Shown: one piece after another, positions 20,701 through 31,260 of the stretch | How positions within the stretch are numbered: position 1 is the first letter of the stretch | Layout of the letters: the number at the start of each line of letters is the position of its first letter | DNA from: a virus | DNA: 64,000 nucleotides | Strand: one strand, 5' to 3' | Virus record (IMG/VR): IMGVR_UViG_3300035529_000070 | Span: 58,114 to 122,113 of that record | Translations under genes and position numbers: made by a program | Notes under the pieces: model-generated | What the model was told of the DNA's origin: nothing | Seen by the model: the letters and a program-made list of their open reading frames with translations, nothing else | Database searches by the model: none

Positions 20701-22793
20701 ACACCAGTAAAGTGATATGAAGTATCAGCAAAATCTATTGTTATTTTTCCATCTTCTCCTAAACCGTTCAACAATTTATTTTTAGGGTCAGAATAATCTA
20801 ATTTCAAATAAGATATATTCCCAAAAAAACTCCCAGAAATTTCATCATCGGGATTGTTTGAACTTAAAGGAATTACCTTTTGAGCGTTATTTTCTACAGC
20901 AACTTTACCTATTCTGAAAGGCTTGGCATCTCCAGGTAGTTGCCTAAATATTTCTATATTATCTATTTCTGAAATTCTAGTATCAGTTATATCAATATTT
21001 AATAAAATAGTATCGTCATGCGTTGAATGGCTTAATTGTGGCTGTTCAAACTCAACTAAAGTTGTAAAAGTATCTACGGATGTTTCGGCACCTTTAGCTC
21101 CAACGGAGTAAGGTATAGCTTTAACATTATACTGTGTATCAGATGTTAATCCATTTATAATTACTGGAATAACAGATGCAGCACTGTCTAAATAAACTGT
21201 TTGGTCTAACCTGAATTCAGTTTCAGAATTTTCTTTTATCAATATTTCTATCTTTGCGTATTTTGTCTTGTTTTCTAAAGATATAGTATATGTAACTGAA
21301 TGAGATTTAGTTTTAGCTCTCTCAAAATTTTTAATAGGTGGAACTGTAGCTGCTGCTTCCATCCAAAAATATGCAGGAGTATATACAACAAAATCATTAT
21401 CATTTACAACTTGTATATCCCATACATCGTTTAAAGTCCAAGCATCCCCTACAAAATCAGTGTCATCAAGAGTATAGTTTTCTTCTATTGTTAGAGTTAA
21501 ATCACCAGTAGTTGCATCCCAAAGATTATCTTCTCCAGCTATTCTTAATGCAACAAATCCACCTTTATTAGAATCTTCAGCTATAAGAGGAGCATTGTAA
21601 TCAAATTCTGTAGCTCCTATATATATCAAATCATTCTTTATTTCAACAGCTGGTATCCTTCCTGTATAAAATTGTGAGGGTAATATCAACGCTGTTTTTT
21701 CAGGTTGTGTTTCATCAAACACATAGTTAGAGCTTAACAATCTAACATAATTTTGGTTTTTAATAGTAAAATCAACCATATCAACTATAAAATAAAAAGC
21801 TCCACCGTTTATATATTTATGGCCAGTTGCTGTAGGATCATATTCTCCACGTAAACCAACAGCCACATGTAATTTCTTAGTATCAAAAGAGTAATCAAAT
21901 CCTATACTTTCTATTTCGTTAGTTGTAGGATCTAACGGACTCGTTGATGCTGTTATATCTGTAAAGTCTGTAATTTTTATAGTTTGAACTGCAATATTTG
22001 GCATAAACGCATATCCATTATTAATTTGCATTTTAAAATATACTTTCAAATCATTTTTTAAAGAATATAAAACCATATCATTCTTCATCGATACAGCTGA
22101 AAAATTAACATTTGGCGTAATGTTATAAGATGTAGTTACAGAATCTATAGTAGACGCAGATTGAGTCATTGATCCAAAATATTGTACTAAAGAATCTGAG
22201 CCATTATTTCCCATCAACATCAAATATTCATCACCTAATTCATTTTTTACAAATTGAATACCTTTTAACTCTGTATATGATTTAACAGGAGCTGTAGCAT
22301 TTTGTGCATAACTTAAGTTCCAAGTTCTTGTATAATAAGACAATTCACTTGCTATAGCCCCAGCTGTATAAATTCCATTATTTCTATATAATGCAACATA
22401 ATCTCTGGCAAAATCCAACACAATCCCTATTGGTTGAGATTTGTTAAAAATAGCCAATTTACCATTTTTAGCTGAAATCACAAAATCTGAATTTTCATAA
22501 TCTAAATGCATAAACATTCTTAATTCATATATATATGAGCCAGCTGTTTCATTGAGGTTTATATTAAACCAAGGTTTCATAGTTTCAGCATCATACCATA
22601 CAAACCTATTGTCCTGTGTTAAAACTATTAAATTTTTCCTAGGCATTTGCCCGTATTTTTTGTACCAACTTAATGATTTATTTTTTAGCATTAGATCATC
22701 TGGATCGAAATCATCTGTCCTATCATATAAAAACATTCCTTTGATTTTCCCAGATATAGTCGTTTTTTTAATCAAACCTGATTGTAACGGCAT
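17766..22793 (-). CDS. Very large tail-tip/baseplate protein (1675 aa) with an FN3-like domain
   Basis: IINGLTSDTQYNVKAIPYS is fibronectin-III-like; position near the tape measure gene. Confidence 0.6.
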   Translation of the reverse strand: MPLQSGLIKKTTISGKIKGMFLYDRTDDFDPDDLMLKNKSLSWYKKYGQMPRKNLIVLTQDNRFVWYDAETMKPWFNINLNETAGSYIYELRMFMHLDYENSDFVISAKNGKLAIFNKSQPIGIVLDFARDYVALYRNNGIYTAGAIASELSYYTRTWNLSYAQNATAPVKSYTELKGIQFVKNELGDEYLMLMGNNGSDSLVQYFGSMTQSASTIDSVTTSYNITPNVNFSAVSMKNDMVLYSLKNDLKVYFKMQINNGYAFMPNIAVQTIKITDFTDITASTSPLDPTTNEIESIGFDYSFDTKKLHVAVGLRGEYDPTATGHKYINGGAFYFIVDMVDFTIKNQNYVRLLSSNYVFDETQPEKTALILPSQFYTGRIPAVEIKNDLIYIGATEFDYNAPLIAEDSNKGGFVALRIAGEDNLWDATTGDLTLTIEENYTLDDTDFVGDAWTLNDVWDIQVVNDNDFVVYTPAYFWMEAAATVPPIKNFERAKTKSHSVTYTISLENKTKYAKIEILIKENSETEFRLDQTVYLDSAASVIPVIINGLTSDTQYNVKAIPYSVGAKGAETSVDTFTTLVEFEQPQLSHSTHDDTILLNIDITDTRISEIDNIEIFRQLPGDAKPFRIGKVAVENNAQKVIPLSSNNPDDEISGSFFGNISYLKLDYSDPKNKLLNGLGEDGKITIDFADTSYHFTGVKVLSVNYESQIITIDPTQINILETEPIDPSVNQMTYIMDTYVYEDKGFGVDPGTTIMYYAKLTSFTNESLMTNPHNVPAPDRTLDPIFIKENEFWRGSLNFNPESASLYEGHEGFVFDNKLEQKPSGVIMDDTFGMLNAKFPLDMNDFEISYPADSSNFQLVNISGTAGDTSLVLKSIPIEVLADRMGEFLSNGFARNMEVLGEDPINSHLRTIEPTMEAGWNNILNLSNETIVRTNMEVEATPINVENFGLTSPEIRSLIARVYKIDTTNLIGSVTNVDFANDSTVVIMTADEFITQHTVDDASGNPMLQLDPNSAYKFEFQREIPVSKMSFDATHVLFGDHEVSGEQTFTQDSRVYGRSYSVPKPDFGYPGYQVEFENANELYTVETLPPEKQFELHFNHKDIITGEFNYKSYTGFKFGDIEPKITRMKSMILKNNDSQKALIGRFNSGVTWSDIDGNVYYTQWRARYWYNMTAVEEPMTFTNESIAEVIYTHNIVYTPDGATESQIETHETLLQLPRSGATENIGKVYTGLENSSKWSIDVKINKIFIKNYNSEIRINNINLDSMAVKTDENKGAIYVKTINKAVYNAAQLKSIKQMYLGTRSKEVNGIVAHTIKYIFSADNKRWYYLDTDTRTWVEVMYGTNQTKTASNTNIETSEITYEEWADFFNLYDDPQNFYLGLIYLVSDNNGPFPGFESANIIFEAESDKEINSSIITPVFKPPRASKLFDLVIVKDEPKGRIPLYDSNISSFIRYSSDNGRTWNTRGWIAVENTADIRALPEFENLESDNLVYQMKFDFKSSISKYPTLRKVDLYMMDVYKMPELVYPALGAPISDQDIDVVWLAPENLVEGTEHFAIEVATKDFDDPTYSVSDRLIAFKSFEKDKKPFRSSDGYTYNPAKFSYSTFYTPGTTPEKYTWKQVMGLEPGIEGVEGVNGVPADGENYVRFKHTLSTPVTANKLYFRVHVWDGSMGSDV

Positions 22794-22807
22794 GTATCAC
22801 ACCTCCA

Positions 22808-23455
22808 TTATTTTATCGGAATATCTGATTGTATTTTTTCATAACTAGCCGTTGTATTGTTGAATTTGTATACATCGGCAGTATCTATCAAATTATATGG
22901 ATCAGCAAAAGAAACTATCATATTTCCATCAGAACATATTTGTGTTCCTAAAACTCCTGTTTGAGATAATCCTCCTAAGATATCCGATAATGTTTTTCCC
23001 ACATAACCATAACCTTTTATTTTAAAAGGAGGAACCAACCCATAATCTGCAGGTGGCTGTTCAAAAGCTAGAGTACCTCCAACATAATCAAAAAACCACC
23101 CAACATCATGTCCAGATGGGATAGGTGTATTTGAACCATCTAACAACTCTATTATATAATCTTTACCGTATGTTGGCGGTATAAGTATAGGGTCGTTAGT
23201 ATCTCTGTGGTAAGAACGCTTGTCTCCTACTGTTATATCCTCTATTAATTCTTCATCTATACATAATGCTATACCATTGGATACTGCTTGAGTTGGTATA
23301 TCAGCTATTGGGGATACCCAAACTAAGTTAGGGTTAGTAATTCCTAGTGCTGACCATCTTGCTTCTTCATAAAATTCTTTATCATTAGTAGAATGTGTCT
23401 TGTCATTTATCTTCTTAAAAGGATAATTGATTTTGGTATCTTTATTCATAGCCAT
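22808..23455 (-). CDS. Hypothetical baseplate/tail protein
   Basis: ORF with RBS in the operon. Confidence 0.6.
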   Translation of the reverse strand: MAMNKDTKINYPFKKINDKTHSTNDKEFYEEARWSALGITNPNLVWVSPIADIPTQAVSNGIALCIDEELIEDITVGDKRSYHRDTNDPILIPPTYGKDYIIELLDGSNTPIPSGHDVGWFFDYVGGTLAFEQPPADYGLVPPFKIKGYGYVGKTLSDILGGLSQTGVLGTQICSDGNMIVSFADPYNLIDTADVYKFNNTTASYEKIQSDIPIK

Positions 23456-23460
23456 TCAAA

Positions 23461-25578
23461 TCACCAGCCTATTTCTTTGATATTGTCTAAATAACATCCA
23501 TCAGAAATGGATATTTTTATCACATATGAATAATCTGTATATGCAGTGGAATTAGTCCCAGCAGTCCAATTAACTTTTACTCCACCGCTAATATTTTCAA
23601 ATTTAGTAGCAGCTCCATCATCATCTGCCCCGGTAAAAGTACCTAAATCATAGTATTTAGATAGATCTAACCATCCTGTTTGACCAGGTAGCTTTATATA
23701 AGCTTTTAAATTAGTTCCAAAAATAAAATCACCCGTTAATTGAAGAATGCCATTATTTCTAGGTTCAGAACCTTTAAACATTCTAATATAATCCACAAAT
23801 TGTTGTGAAGAACTTAATGAATAACTATATTCTGGAGCTGTTTGTATACTTCCAATATAATTAGGATGGACTAACTTTCCAGAGTAAACAATAGCTTCAT
23901 CAGTTAATGATTGAGTTGAATCCCATACATCTTTAGCGGGTGTTGGCAACTCATTATAATTATCTAAAGGTAAACGATATGTCTCAGTACAAAATTTTTC
24001 TTCTAACCAACTACTTTCACAGGATATATTATTAACCCAATAAGGAAAATTGAAACTTTGTTGTGAAATGCTAAAAACATTGTAAAATGATAACTTGACT
24101 GTATCAGTAGATAAACGCATCTTATTTTGTGGTAGAGAAAAAGAAAAATTCTTAGAAAACAAAGAATCCCAAGCGTTAGGAATTTTTCCCCAAAGTTGAG
24201 TATAAGAAACATTTCCAACTAAACCTAAACTATTTAATCTAACATTCACAGGATATTGTTTGACTGTATATTGAACTAAATTTTTAATTGTAGGTAATTC
24301 AAATTCAAAGTCAGCATCCTTTAAATAAGCTATTCCAGATAAATATTTAAATTGAGTATTGCTTATAAACATATTAACATTATCAGGATTATAATCTACA
24401 GATATATCGTTTTCTAAAAAGAAAGATTTACTTTGTTGTACTACAATATTTCCTTTAGAATCTCTAAACGATACTCTTAATGTAGAATAACCATCTGATA
24501 AGTTTTCTGTTTTAAACACTACTTCTAAATCTCCGTTATATGGTGTTTTAAATATTCCTAAAAACTGTTCAGGATTAGTTACCTTTGCATTCATTATATC
24601 TCCTATTTTTTCAGCTTTATTTGGGTAATCACAAGTTTGCCCTATAGGTATTTCCCAACTTTCTTTTATTTGATCGTTATTTTTATCTGCATAAAAAATA
24701 TATCTAACGCCAGATTTAATTTTGGAATTGAATATTATTGGTGTACCTGTTTTAACTACAGTAGCAGGAGAACCTCCGACTAAACCAAACCCAACATTAT
24801 TGGCATATACAACTCCTGAAGCATAAGTTCCCTGCCAATTAATGTTAGAGAATTCAGGCTGATAACATAACCTCAATTGTTCTGAGACTTCCCTTAAAGC
24901 CTCATTTAATTTATCTACTCCATTGGCAACGGTATCCGAAGGGAATAATCTAATAGGAGAAACACCTCCCAAATACCCATCATCATAACTTCCATCTGAC
25001 GGAATACCCAAAGTTCCTATGTTACCTATATCTCTCAACATCTTTAGTATATAATCAATCTGTTGCTGCATATGATGTATTTGTCTAGGCAATGGCAACA
25101 AATTCGAATATTCCTGTTCCCAATTTTCAAACTGGTCTTTATATTTAGAATATTTATCCAAAAACTCTCTTTGAGGGCCAGTTAAATATTGTTGTATCCT
25201 TTCCACACTATCGGCTATATTATCTACATCAGAATTTCTTACCACATCACCAGCTTCATAAAAAGATACAGTTATACTTTGTCCTACGTAAGATGGATCA
25301 ATCCATATCCTGTTATTTTCAGGTTCAAAATAAAAATAATCTGATTTAGGTTCAGGCAAAGGAAAGTTTACAACCCTAGCTAAAGTTTTTCCATTATCCA
25401 AAACTGCTGTAATTATTTTAGTGGTATCAACTAATTTTCCCAGTTCAACAAATTCATGTTCTATATCATAAGTAAGTTCTGCATATCTAGATTCATAACT
25501 TCCATCAGGTTTTTTTAGTTGAGGGCTGTAATCTTTCAGTTCATCTGGATTAAAATCATTTTCTGGCATATTACACAC
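23461..25578 (-). CDS. Putative baseplate/tail protein (705 aa)
   Basis: Directly after the tape measure gene; short coiled coil followed by a beta-rich region. Confidence 0.55.
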   Translation of the reverse strand: MCNMPENDFNPDELKDYSPQLKKPDGSYESRYAELTYDIEHEFVELGKLVDTTKIITAVLDNGKTLARVVNFPLPEPKSDYFYFEPENNRIWIDPSYVGQSITVSFYEAGDVVRNSDVDNIADSVERIQQYLTGPQREFLDKYSKYKDQFENWEQEYSNLLPLPRQIHHMQQQIDYILKMLRDIGNIGTLGIPSDGSYDDGYLGGVSPIRLFPSDTVANGVDKLNEALREVSEQLRLCYQPEFSNINWQGTYASGVVYANNVGFGLVGGSPATVVKTGTPIIFNSKIKSGVRYIFYADKNNDQIKESWEIPIGQTCDYPNKAEKIGDIMNAKVTNPEQFLGIFKTPYNGDLEVVFKTENLSDGYSTLRVSFRDSKGNIVVQQSKSFFLENDISVDYNPDNVNMFISNTQFKYLSGIAYLKDADFEFELPTIKNLVQYTVKQYPVNVRLNSLGLVGNVSYTQLWGKIPNAWDSLFSKNFSFSLPQNKMRLSTDTVKLSFYNVFSISQQSFNFPYWVNNISCESSWLEEKFCTETYRLPLDNYNELPTPAKDVWDSTQSLTDEAIVYSGKLVHPNYIGSIQTAPEYSYSLSSSQQFVDYIRMFKGSEPRNNGILQLTGDFIFGTNLKAYIKLPGQTGWLDLSKYYDLGTFTGADDDGAATKFENISGGVKVNWTAGTNSTAYTDYSYVIKISISDGCYLDNIKEIGW

Positions 25579-25590
25579 CTACTTTCTGTT

Positions 25591-28500
25591 TTAAGTTTGC
25601 TGATTTTTCAGCGTTTGAATATCTTCAGATAAAGCTCTTACATTATCAGCCATTCTGTTTATTTCTTCAGGCAATCTCAATATTTCCCTTGATTGTGTTC
25701 TGACTATATCACTAAATTGAGTGGTGGCATTACTAAATGTCTTTGTAGAATCATCGAATTGCGTAATAGACTCATTGAACAAAGCAGAAGACTCATTTCC
25801 TTCTTTTAAATCTCCCGAAGATTTCTCTAAAATTTCCGATGAAGTAACCCCTTTAAAAATAAGATCGGTTACTCCAGAAATTTCCTGTGATTGAAGAAGC
25901 ACTTCTCCACCAACTTCATTTTTATATCTTTCAAGAGCATCACTAGTAAAATCTCTCATAGGTACGACTTTATTCCATCCCCTAAAAGAACTTGCGGCTT
26001 CAGGAGTTAAATAATCTTCAAGGTTTATTTCCTCACCAGAATTAGCTTTATCTCTGAGTGTTTCTCTTAAATCCATAGCGTAGAATTCACTTGTGTTTTT
26101 AGCCGCTCCTGTAACCGTAAAATAATCCTCTAACAGTTTTATTTGTTCTAACTCAGTTTCGTCATCTGTCAAACTTTTTAAATTATCAAAAATTAAACTA
26201 ACATTTTCTGGCCCGATACTTTCAAACATATCTTGGATTTCAGATCTTGTAATCCCTCCACCTTTAACTGATTCTAAAGCACCAGCAAACCTATACGGAA
26301 GATATTGTGATTTACTCATCTCTCCTTGATGTATATTGGCTGCAACATTTTCAGCGCTGTTTAAAATATCTCGGTTCAAAGCCTGTATATCTGGAGAGCT
26401 GTTTAGAAAATTATTCCCAGCTTCTTGAGCCGAAATGTTATAGTTCAGCAATTCATTTATCACTGGAGCAGTTTCAAACCCCCGACTCTTATATAACGAA
26501 TTCATAGCAGGCTGTAAAGCTTGAGATATTATCTCTGGATTCACACCCCTAAGTTCTTCAGATTGTAAGATTTCTCTTATTCTATTCGCGTATTGTATCC
26601 TTTCTTCTTCTGTTTGTGGTATATCATTTACAGCTCTATATAACTCATAAATCTGATTTTTCCTTCCGGCATCGCCCTCTATACCAGATAAATCTGCATT
26701 CTCTGAAAAATTATCAGAGTAAACTTTGTTATAATATGTACTGGCAATATTATTAAATTGTTCATTAGCAATTGGAGCTGTTAAATTTTGAACATTAATC
26801 ATATCTAATGCCCCTATCGGTGTAGAGTAGTTACGGGCTTGCTCTAACATTCCTGCCGATAATTGCCAATTAGGATTTTGCCTTATCTCACCAAAAAAAT
26901 CAGATAAATTATCCGCTTTTGAGATATTTCTTAATTCTTCAATTCCTACCCCAAATTTATTACGAAGCGACTTATTAACTTCATCTTCTAATTCAGGCTG
27001 ATATTTTGAGTTTGCATAACTATTTACTTGTGATCTTAAATAAGAAAGGCTCCCAATATCTAAGCCGTACTCAGATAATTCTTTTTCAAAATCAGACATC
27101 CTTTTTAAAGCTTCGGTTTTAGCAACTTCATAACCTTCTTCATCTTTAACATCCACTATACCACTAATACCTTCACGGACATTTATTTGATACTCCCCAT
27201 TAATTTTTTCAAATTCTTGGCCAGGTAAAGCCGTTCTATTATATTGTTTAAAAAAATTTTCTAAATCTTTTTGTTGACTATAATTTATTTTATTAATGAT
27301 TTTTCTGGCGTCTTCCTGGCTTAATCTGTTCATAGCTGGATTGAACATACCACCTAAATCTTTTAAATTATTCTCTTCATCAAAAAACATTCTATTAAAA
27401 GCAGACATAACACTTTCATCTGGCTCTCTTCCGTAAGCTTTTTGATAGACATTTCTAAAATATTCTTTCACTTCTTCTGATGTCACTTGACTCATATCTT
27501 TATTATTAAATTCTGCAACCGTCATTGCTGATGCTATATTCAAATTAGAATCAAGAGTTGTGAAAGTATTTGTTAAATCTGATTGCCTAGTTTCATAATC
27601 AGTGCTTCTCATATAATCATAATACTGTTTAGCATTAGCTTCATTTTTAATAATTTCATTAGTTGCCTCGAGATTTTTTTCGTTTTCCGCAGATAAATTA
27701 CCAGCTGCACCAACCGTTCTATTAATCATCCCATACAATTGTTGAACAGCTTCAGGATTATTTTCGTTCGCTATAAGAAATTTTTGGATTTTGTCTTTTA
27801 GCTCTTTATTATCCATATTACCTTCAGAGATGACATCAACTATTTCTTTCAATAAGTTTATTTGGGAAGTTTCTGCTATAGCTTCAGCATTATTAACACT
27901 ATTCGGATTATAATTTTCTGCAAAATCCCGAGCATAGCTTCTAACTTGTTCTTGCATAGCTGCATAATCAGCAGTAGATACTTGCATACCAGTAAAATTA
28001 GAAATACCTTCCTTAATTAAGTTATCTATTGAATCAATTAATCCGCTAGTAAATTCTTTAGGTATTGCAATCCCCATTAAATTCAAATTACCAGCTTCGA
28101 TATCTTTTCTATACTGTTCCCGCTGTTGTCTAATTGATTGTATTTGATCTGGAGCAAAATAATCTTCATAATAACTTGTGTATAATTCCGTACCTGTTAA
28201 ACCCATCCCGTAATTATTCATATTGTTATACATTGACCAAGATGGAGTTCTAGTATTGTAATAAGTGTCTGCTGTTCTTTCCATATACCCTAACATTTCT
28301 GTTCTAGCTTCTCTGAATACATCCATAAAACTTTCAAATACATTTTGTATTCTTTTAGTAAATGGTATTTGTTGAAATGACATATTAGAATTAACAACTC
28401 TATCTATTTCAGCAAGCCTAGTATCTTGAAACACCCTATTAGTTATTCCTTCAGAGCCGTTTGTTCCAACTTCATTTACTAATTGTTTTAAAAATTGAAC

Positions 28501-30018
28501 GCTACCAAAACCCTGTCTGTTAAGATTTTGAATAGCTAAATTTTCATTACCGTTTACAGATGCTAAGGTAAACTTAATAACCTCACTTAATATCGCAGGG
28601 GATATTGCTGATTGTTCAAATTGAGATAGAACATCAGGATTATTTTCTATAGCTTGAGAAACATAGTTCATTATCATTTCTGGTGAATTTAATTGCAACC
28701 TTGCAGCTAATCCTTGACCTGCTGTCGCTAGTTCAACAGAATTAACATCTCCAGAAATTACACTTTGAACTCTGTTACGATCTAATTCGCCATTATTAGA
28801 AAACATTCCACCTAATAACATTGTAGTAAAATCTCTATTTTGAAACATATTTTGCATAATGGCAGTAGATTGTTTGGCTACATTAGCCGCTCCACCTGAA
28901 TTTCGTACAAACTGATCAGCATTATTTGTATCGTTTACCATAAAAGAGGCCAAATTATTTGAAGCATTAGCAACTAAACCTAAAGCTTCTCCATATAAAC
29001 CCGCTTGATTACCCATTTGCATATTAGCTGTAGTCTGTTGCATTTGAAATTCTTCAGTTGTGCCTGTATTCCAAGCTGATTGTCTTGCATTAAAAGCTAT
29101 TTGTTGCATTTGATCTGTGTTTGTAATACCAACATTGCTGAATCCTTTCATCAACTCTAACGCATCTTCTGTAGAAGTCTTTAAAGTTTGAGAAATCAAT
29201 CTATTGGTTTCCATTAAACCTTTAAAATCCTTTTTAAACTGATCTACAGTATATTTAGCATTAGAAATCAAATTAGATTGCGAAACTTGGGTGAATAGTT
29301 TTTTAGCATCTTCACCATTAAAGACAGGGTCTGTCCTTGATGTTTTTATGATCTCATTTAATATTTCACTAGATTCAGACATAGAAAGAGGAGTATTTGC
29401 TCTTGCACTTCTATCTCTAAATAATCTATTTCCTATTTGTCTTGTAGCCATCAACCCTGGCATATCCATAATATTTTCAACAATTCCACCCATACCTAAG
29501 CCAAGCATATTTCCTACAGCAGCGCCTAAAACTGTTCCTACTCCAGGAATAGGTATTAAAGACCCTAATCCAGCCCCTACAGCTGTTCCTAATCCACTTA
29601 CACCAAAATTGCTCATCATTTGTAAACTAGTTGCTGGAAATTGAGATTGAGCTTCCATATATGCTTCTGTTGGCAACATATGTCTAGCATAACCTGCAGC
29701 CATATATTCTGGCCTAAGACTATTCATGAAAGACATTGTTGGGACAGGTCTTAAGGTTTGATATGGATTTGTAGCCATAGGAGTCATAAGAGCTGGTGCC
29801 ATAGTTGCCGCTCTTGATTGCATCATTGCAGGTTGAGGCATGTTAAATGCAGCCGCCGCTTGTTCATTAAAACCAGCAGTAGCTCCATAAAATTGTGAAG
29901 AAAAACCCGGTCCTCCACTTGCCTGTGTATATCCATTTAAAAATTGACTTCCCACATAAAACGCTGGGGAATTCAGCATATTAAATCCTTGAGCTAATGT
30001 ATCGGGTGTTATCATCAT
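25591..30018 (-). CDS. Tail tape measure protein (1475 aa)
   Basis: Long helical A/Q/N/M-rich protein with hydrophobic GLGTAVGAGLGSLIPIPGVGTVLGAAVG segment; directly follows a frameshifting chaperone pair. Confidence 0.8.
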   Translation of the reverse strand: MMITPDTLAQGFNMLNSPAFYVGSQFLNGYTQASGGPGFSSQFYGATAGFNEQAAAAFNMPQPAMMQSRAATMAPALMTPMATNPYQTLRPVPTMSFMNSLRPEYMAAGYARHMLPTEAYMEAQSQFPATSLQMMSNFGVSGLGTAVGAGLGSLIPIPGVGTVLGAAVGNMLGLGMGGIVENIMDMPGLMATRQIGNRLFRDRSARANTPLSMSESSEILNEIIKTSRTDPVFNGEDAKKLFTQVSQSNLISNAKYTVDQFKKDFKGLMETNRLISQTLKTSTEDALELMKGFSNVGITNTDQMQQIAFNARQSAWNTGTTEEFQMQQTTANMQMGNQAGLYGEALGLVANASNNLASFMVNDTNNADQFVRNSGGAANVAKQSTAIMQNMFQNRDFTTMLLGGMFSNNGELDRNRVQSVISGDVNSVELATAGQGLAARLQLNSPEMIMNYVSQAIENNPDVLSQFEQSAISPAILSEVIKFTLASVNGNENLAIQNLNRQGFGSVQFLKQLVNEVGTNGSEGITNRVFQDTRLAEIDRVVNSNMSFQQIPFTKRIQNVFESFMDVFREARTEMLGYMERTADTYYNTRTPSWSMYNNMNNYGMGLTGTELYTSYYEDYFAPDQIQSIRQQREQYRKDIEAGNLNLMGIAIPKEFTSGLIDSIDNLIKEGISNFTGMQVSTADYAAMQEQVRSYARDFAENYNPNSVNNAEAIAETSQINLLKEIVDVISEGNMDNKELKDKIQKFLIANENNPEAVQQLYGMINRTVGAAGNLSAENEKNLEATNEIIKNEANAKQYYDYMRSTDYETRQSDLTNTFTTLDSNLNIASAMTVAEFNNKDMSQVTSEEVKEYFRNVYQKAYGREPDESVMSAFNRMFFDEENNLKDLGGMFNPAMNRLSQEDARKIINKINYSQQKDLENFFKQYNRTALPGQEFEKINGEYQINVREGISGIVDVKDEEGYEVAKTEALKRMSDFEKELSEYGLDIGSLSYLRSQVNSYANSKYQPELEDEVNKSLRNKFGVGIEELRNISKADNLSDFFGEIRQNPNWQLSAGMLEQARNYSTPIGALDMINVQNLTAPIANEQFNNIASTYYNKVYSDNFSENADLSGIEGDAGRKNQIYELYRAVNDIPQTEEERIQYANRIREILQSEELRGVNPEIISQALQPAMNSLYKSRGFETAPVINELLNYNISAQEAGNNFLNSSPDIQALNRDILNSAENVAANIHQGEMSKSQYLPYRFAGALESVKGGGITRSEIQDMFESIGPENVSLIFDNLKSLTDDETELEQIKLLEDYFTVTGAAKNTSEFYAMDLRETLRDKANSGEEINLEDYLTPEAASSFRGWNKVVPMRDFTSDALERYKNEVGGEVLLQSQEISGVTDLIFKGVTSSEILEKSSGDLKEGNESSALFNESITQFDDSTKTFSNATTQFSDIVRTQSREILRLPEEINRMADNVRALSEDIQTLKNQQT

Positions 30019-30024
30019 AATTCG

Positions 30025-30342
30025 TCACCTCTCGTCCCTATTTTTCAACATATTCATTATATTTTTTGCAGCATTTGATATTTCTACATCTGAAAAATCT
30101 ATTTTTTTATCTTGAGTCATAACATTTGAATCAGTTCCAGAAATAATTTCATAAAATGTTTTAAACTGTTCTTGAACCTCATCGAATAATTGTTTTTTAT
30201 ATTCACTACTTACATACTGCAATTTTAAAGTGTTAAATAAAATGCTTAAACTCAAATATTCTTTTTCTTGCCGCTTACGCAGAGCATTCATCATTAATAT
30301 CTTATGTTTTTGATTTTTAGTGTACCCATGTTGTAGCAACAT
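30025..30342 (-). CDS. Tail assembly chaperone, T segment (C-terminal part of the -1 frameshift product)
   Basis: The -1 frame from the slippery site reads TTA AAA TCC TCT CGT GCT TAT TAT GCA GGG GAG ATG TTG, in frame with this ORF and without a stop. Confidence 0.8.
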   Translation of the reverse strand: MLLQHGYTKNQKHKILMMNALRKRQEKEYLSLSILFNTLKLQYVSSEYKKQLFDEVQEQFKTFYEIISGTDSNVMTQDKKIDFSDVEISNAAKNIMNMLKNRDER

Positions 30343-30371
30343 CTCCCCTGCATAATAAGCACGAGAGGATT

Positions 30372-31130
30372 TTAAAAATTTTTAATTGAATCACCTGCAG
30401 AATCTTGTATTCTTTGATTTAATTTTGCATTTGTATCTCCAATTATATTCATTAACATTGCAGGTTTATCTGAAAATAAATTTATATATGGCTTTAAATC
30501 ATTTTCATAAAATTCTGCCAAAAATTCATCTATTTTCTCATTTTTTAATTTAGCAATTTGACTCATGTCAGTATCAACATCTAATCCTGTATCGTATATT
30601 AAATCCAATAATCTTTCTCTATACTTAGGATCAATAGGTTTATATATTTGTTCTCCGTTAATTTTTTCCACAGTAAACCTTGATGCAATAAATAGCTTCA
30701 TGATATTGAACGTCACAGTGTTCATGTATGACTCTTTCCGTCTTATAAGAAAAGATAAAGTCAATTGAAACAAAAGACTCTCTGTAGAATTGGTTACCCT
30801 TAAAGTAAACGAGAACTTATCCTTAATTTTGAAAGTTTTGGAAAAATTATCATCCAAATAATAACCTAATAAATCATCTTCAGTTAATTCAAAATCCAAA
30901 GCATATGGATATGGATCTACTTCTTTTGCTTTGTTTTCTTCAACGCTGTTGTTGTTTACTTGTTTGCTTTTTTCTTTAGTTTCTTTTTTATTTTTTGACT
31001 TTACCTTTCCTATTTTCATATTAGGCAATTGCAAAGACTCCGGTTCTGATTCTTCACCGTTATTTGCTATTTGTTCTGCCGCTTTTTTTGCAGCCCCCAT
31101 TATTTTTTTTACATCTTCATCGTTTGCCAT
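30372..31130 (-). CDS. Tail assembly chaperone, G-type
   Basis: Ends A AAT TTT TAA; canonical position upstream of the tape measure gene. Confidence 0.8.
   Translation of the reverse strand: MANDEDVKKIMGAAKKAAEQIANNGEESEPESLQLPNMKIGKVKSKNKKETKEKSKQVNNNSVEENKAKEVDPYPYALDFELTEDDLLGYYLDDNFSKTFKIKDKFSFTLRVTNSTESLLFQLTLSFLIRRKESYMNTVTFNIMKLFIASRFTVEKINGEQIYKPIDPKYRERLLDLIYDTGLDVDTDMSQIAKLKNEKIDEFLAEFYENDLKPYINLFSDKPAMLMNIIGDTNAKLNQRIQDSAGDSIKNF
30375..30381 (-). other. Programmed -1 frameshift slippery heptamer A-AAU-UUU
   Basis: Perfect X XXY YYZ in the correct frame, immediately before the stop. Confidence 0.85.
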
Positions 31131-31172
31131 GATAATCCCTCCAAATATATATGTAGCCTTTAATTCTAACTT

Positions 31173-31181
31173 ATTATAACA
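31173..31181 (-). promoter_or_regulatory. Extended -10 promoter (TG-T-TATAAT) for the structural operon
   Basis: Minus-strand ATGTTATAAT; the same motif precedes minus-strand genes at 48626 and 53133; no clear -35. Confidence 0.6.
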
Positions 31182-31230
31182 TAGAATAAATGCGTTACTC
31201 AGTTTAATACCAACTGTCTTTTTTGTTTTT

Positions 31231-31239
31231 TGATAGAAT
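31231..31239 (+). promoter_or_regulatory. Extended -10 promoter (TG-A-TAGAAT) for the spike/RNAP operon
   Basis: Same TGATAGAAT as the Hfq promoter; weak -35. Confidence 0.5.
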
Positions 31240-31260
31240 TATACTAAAGGAGGATTGAAT

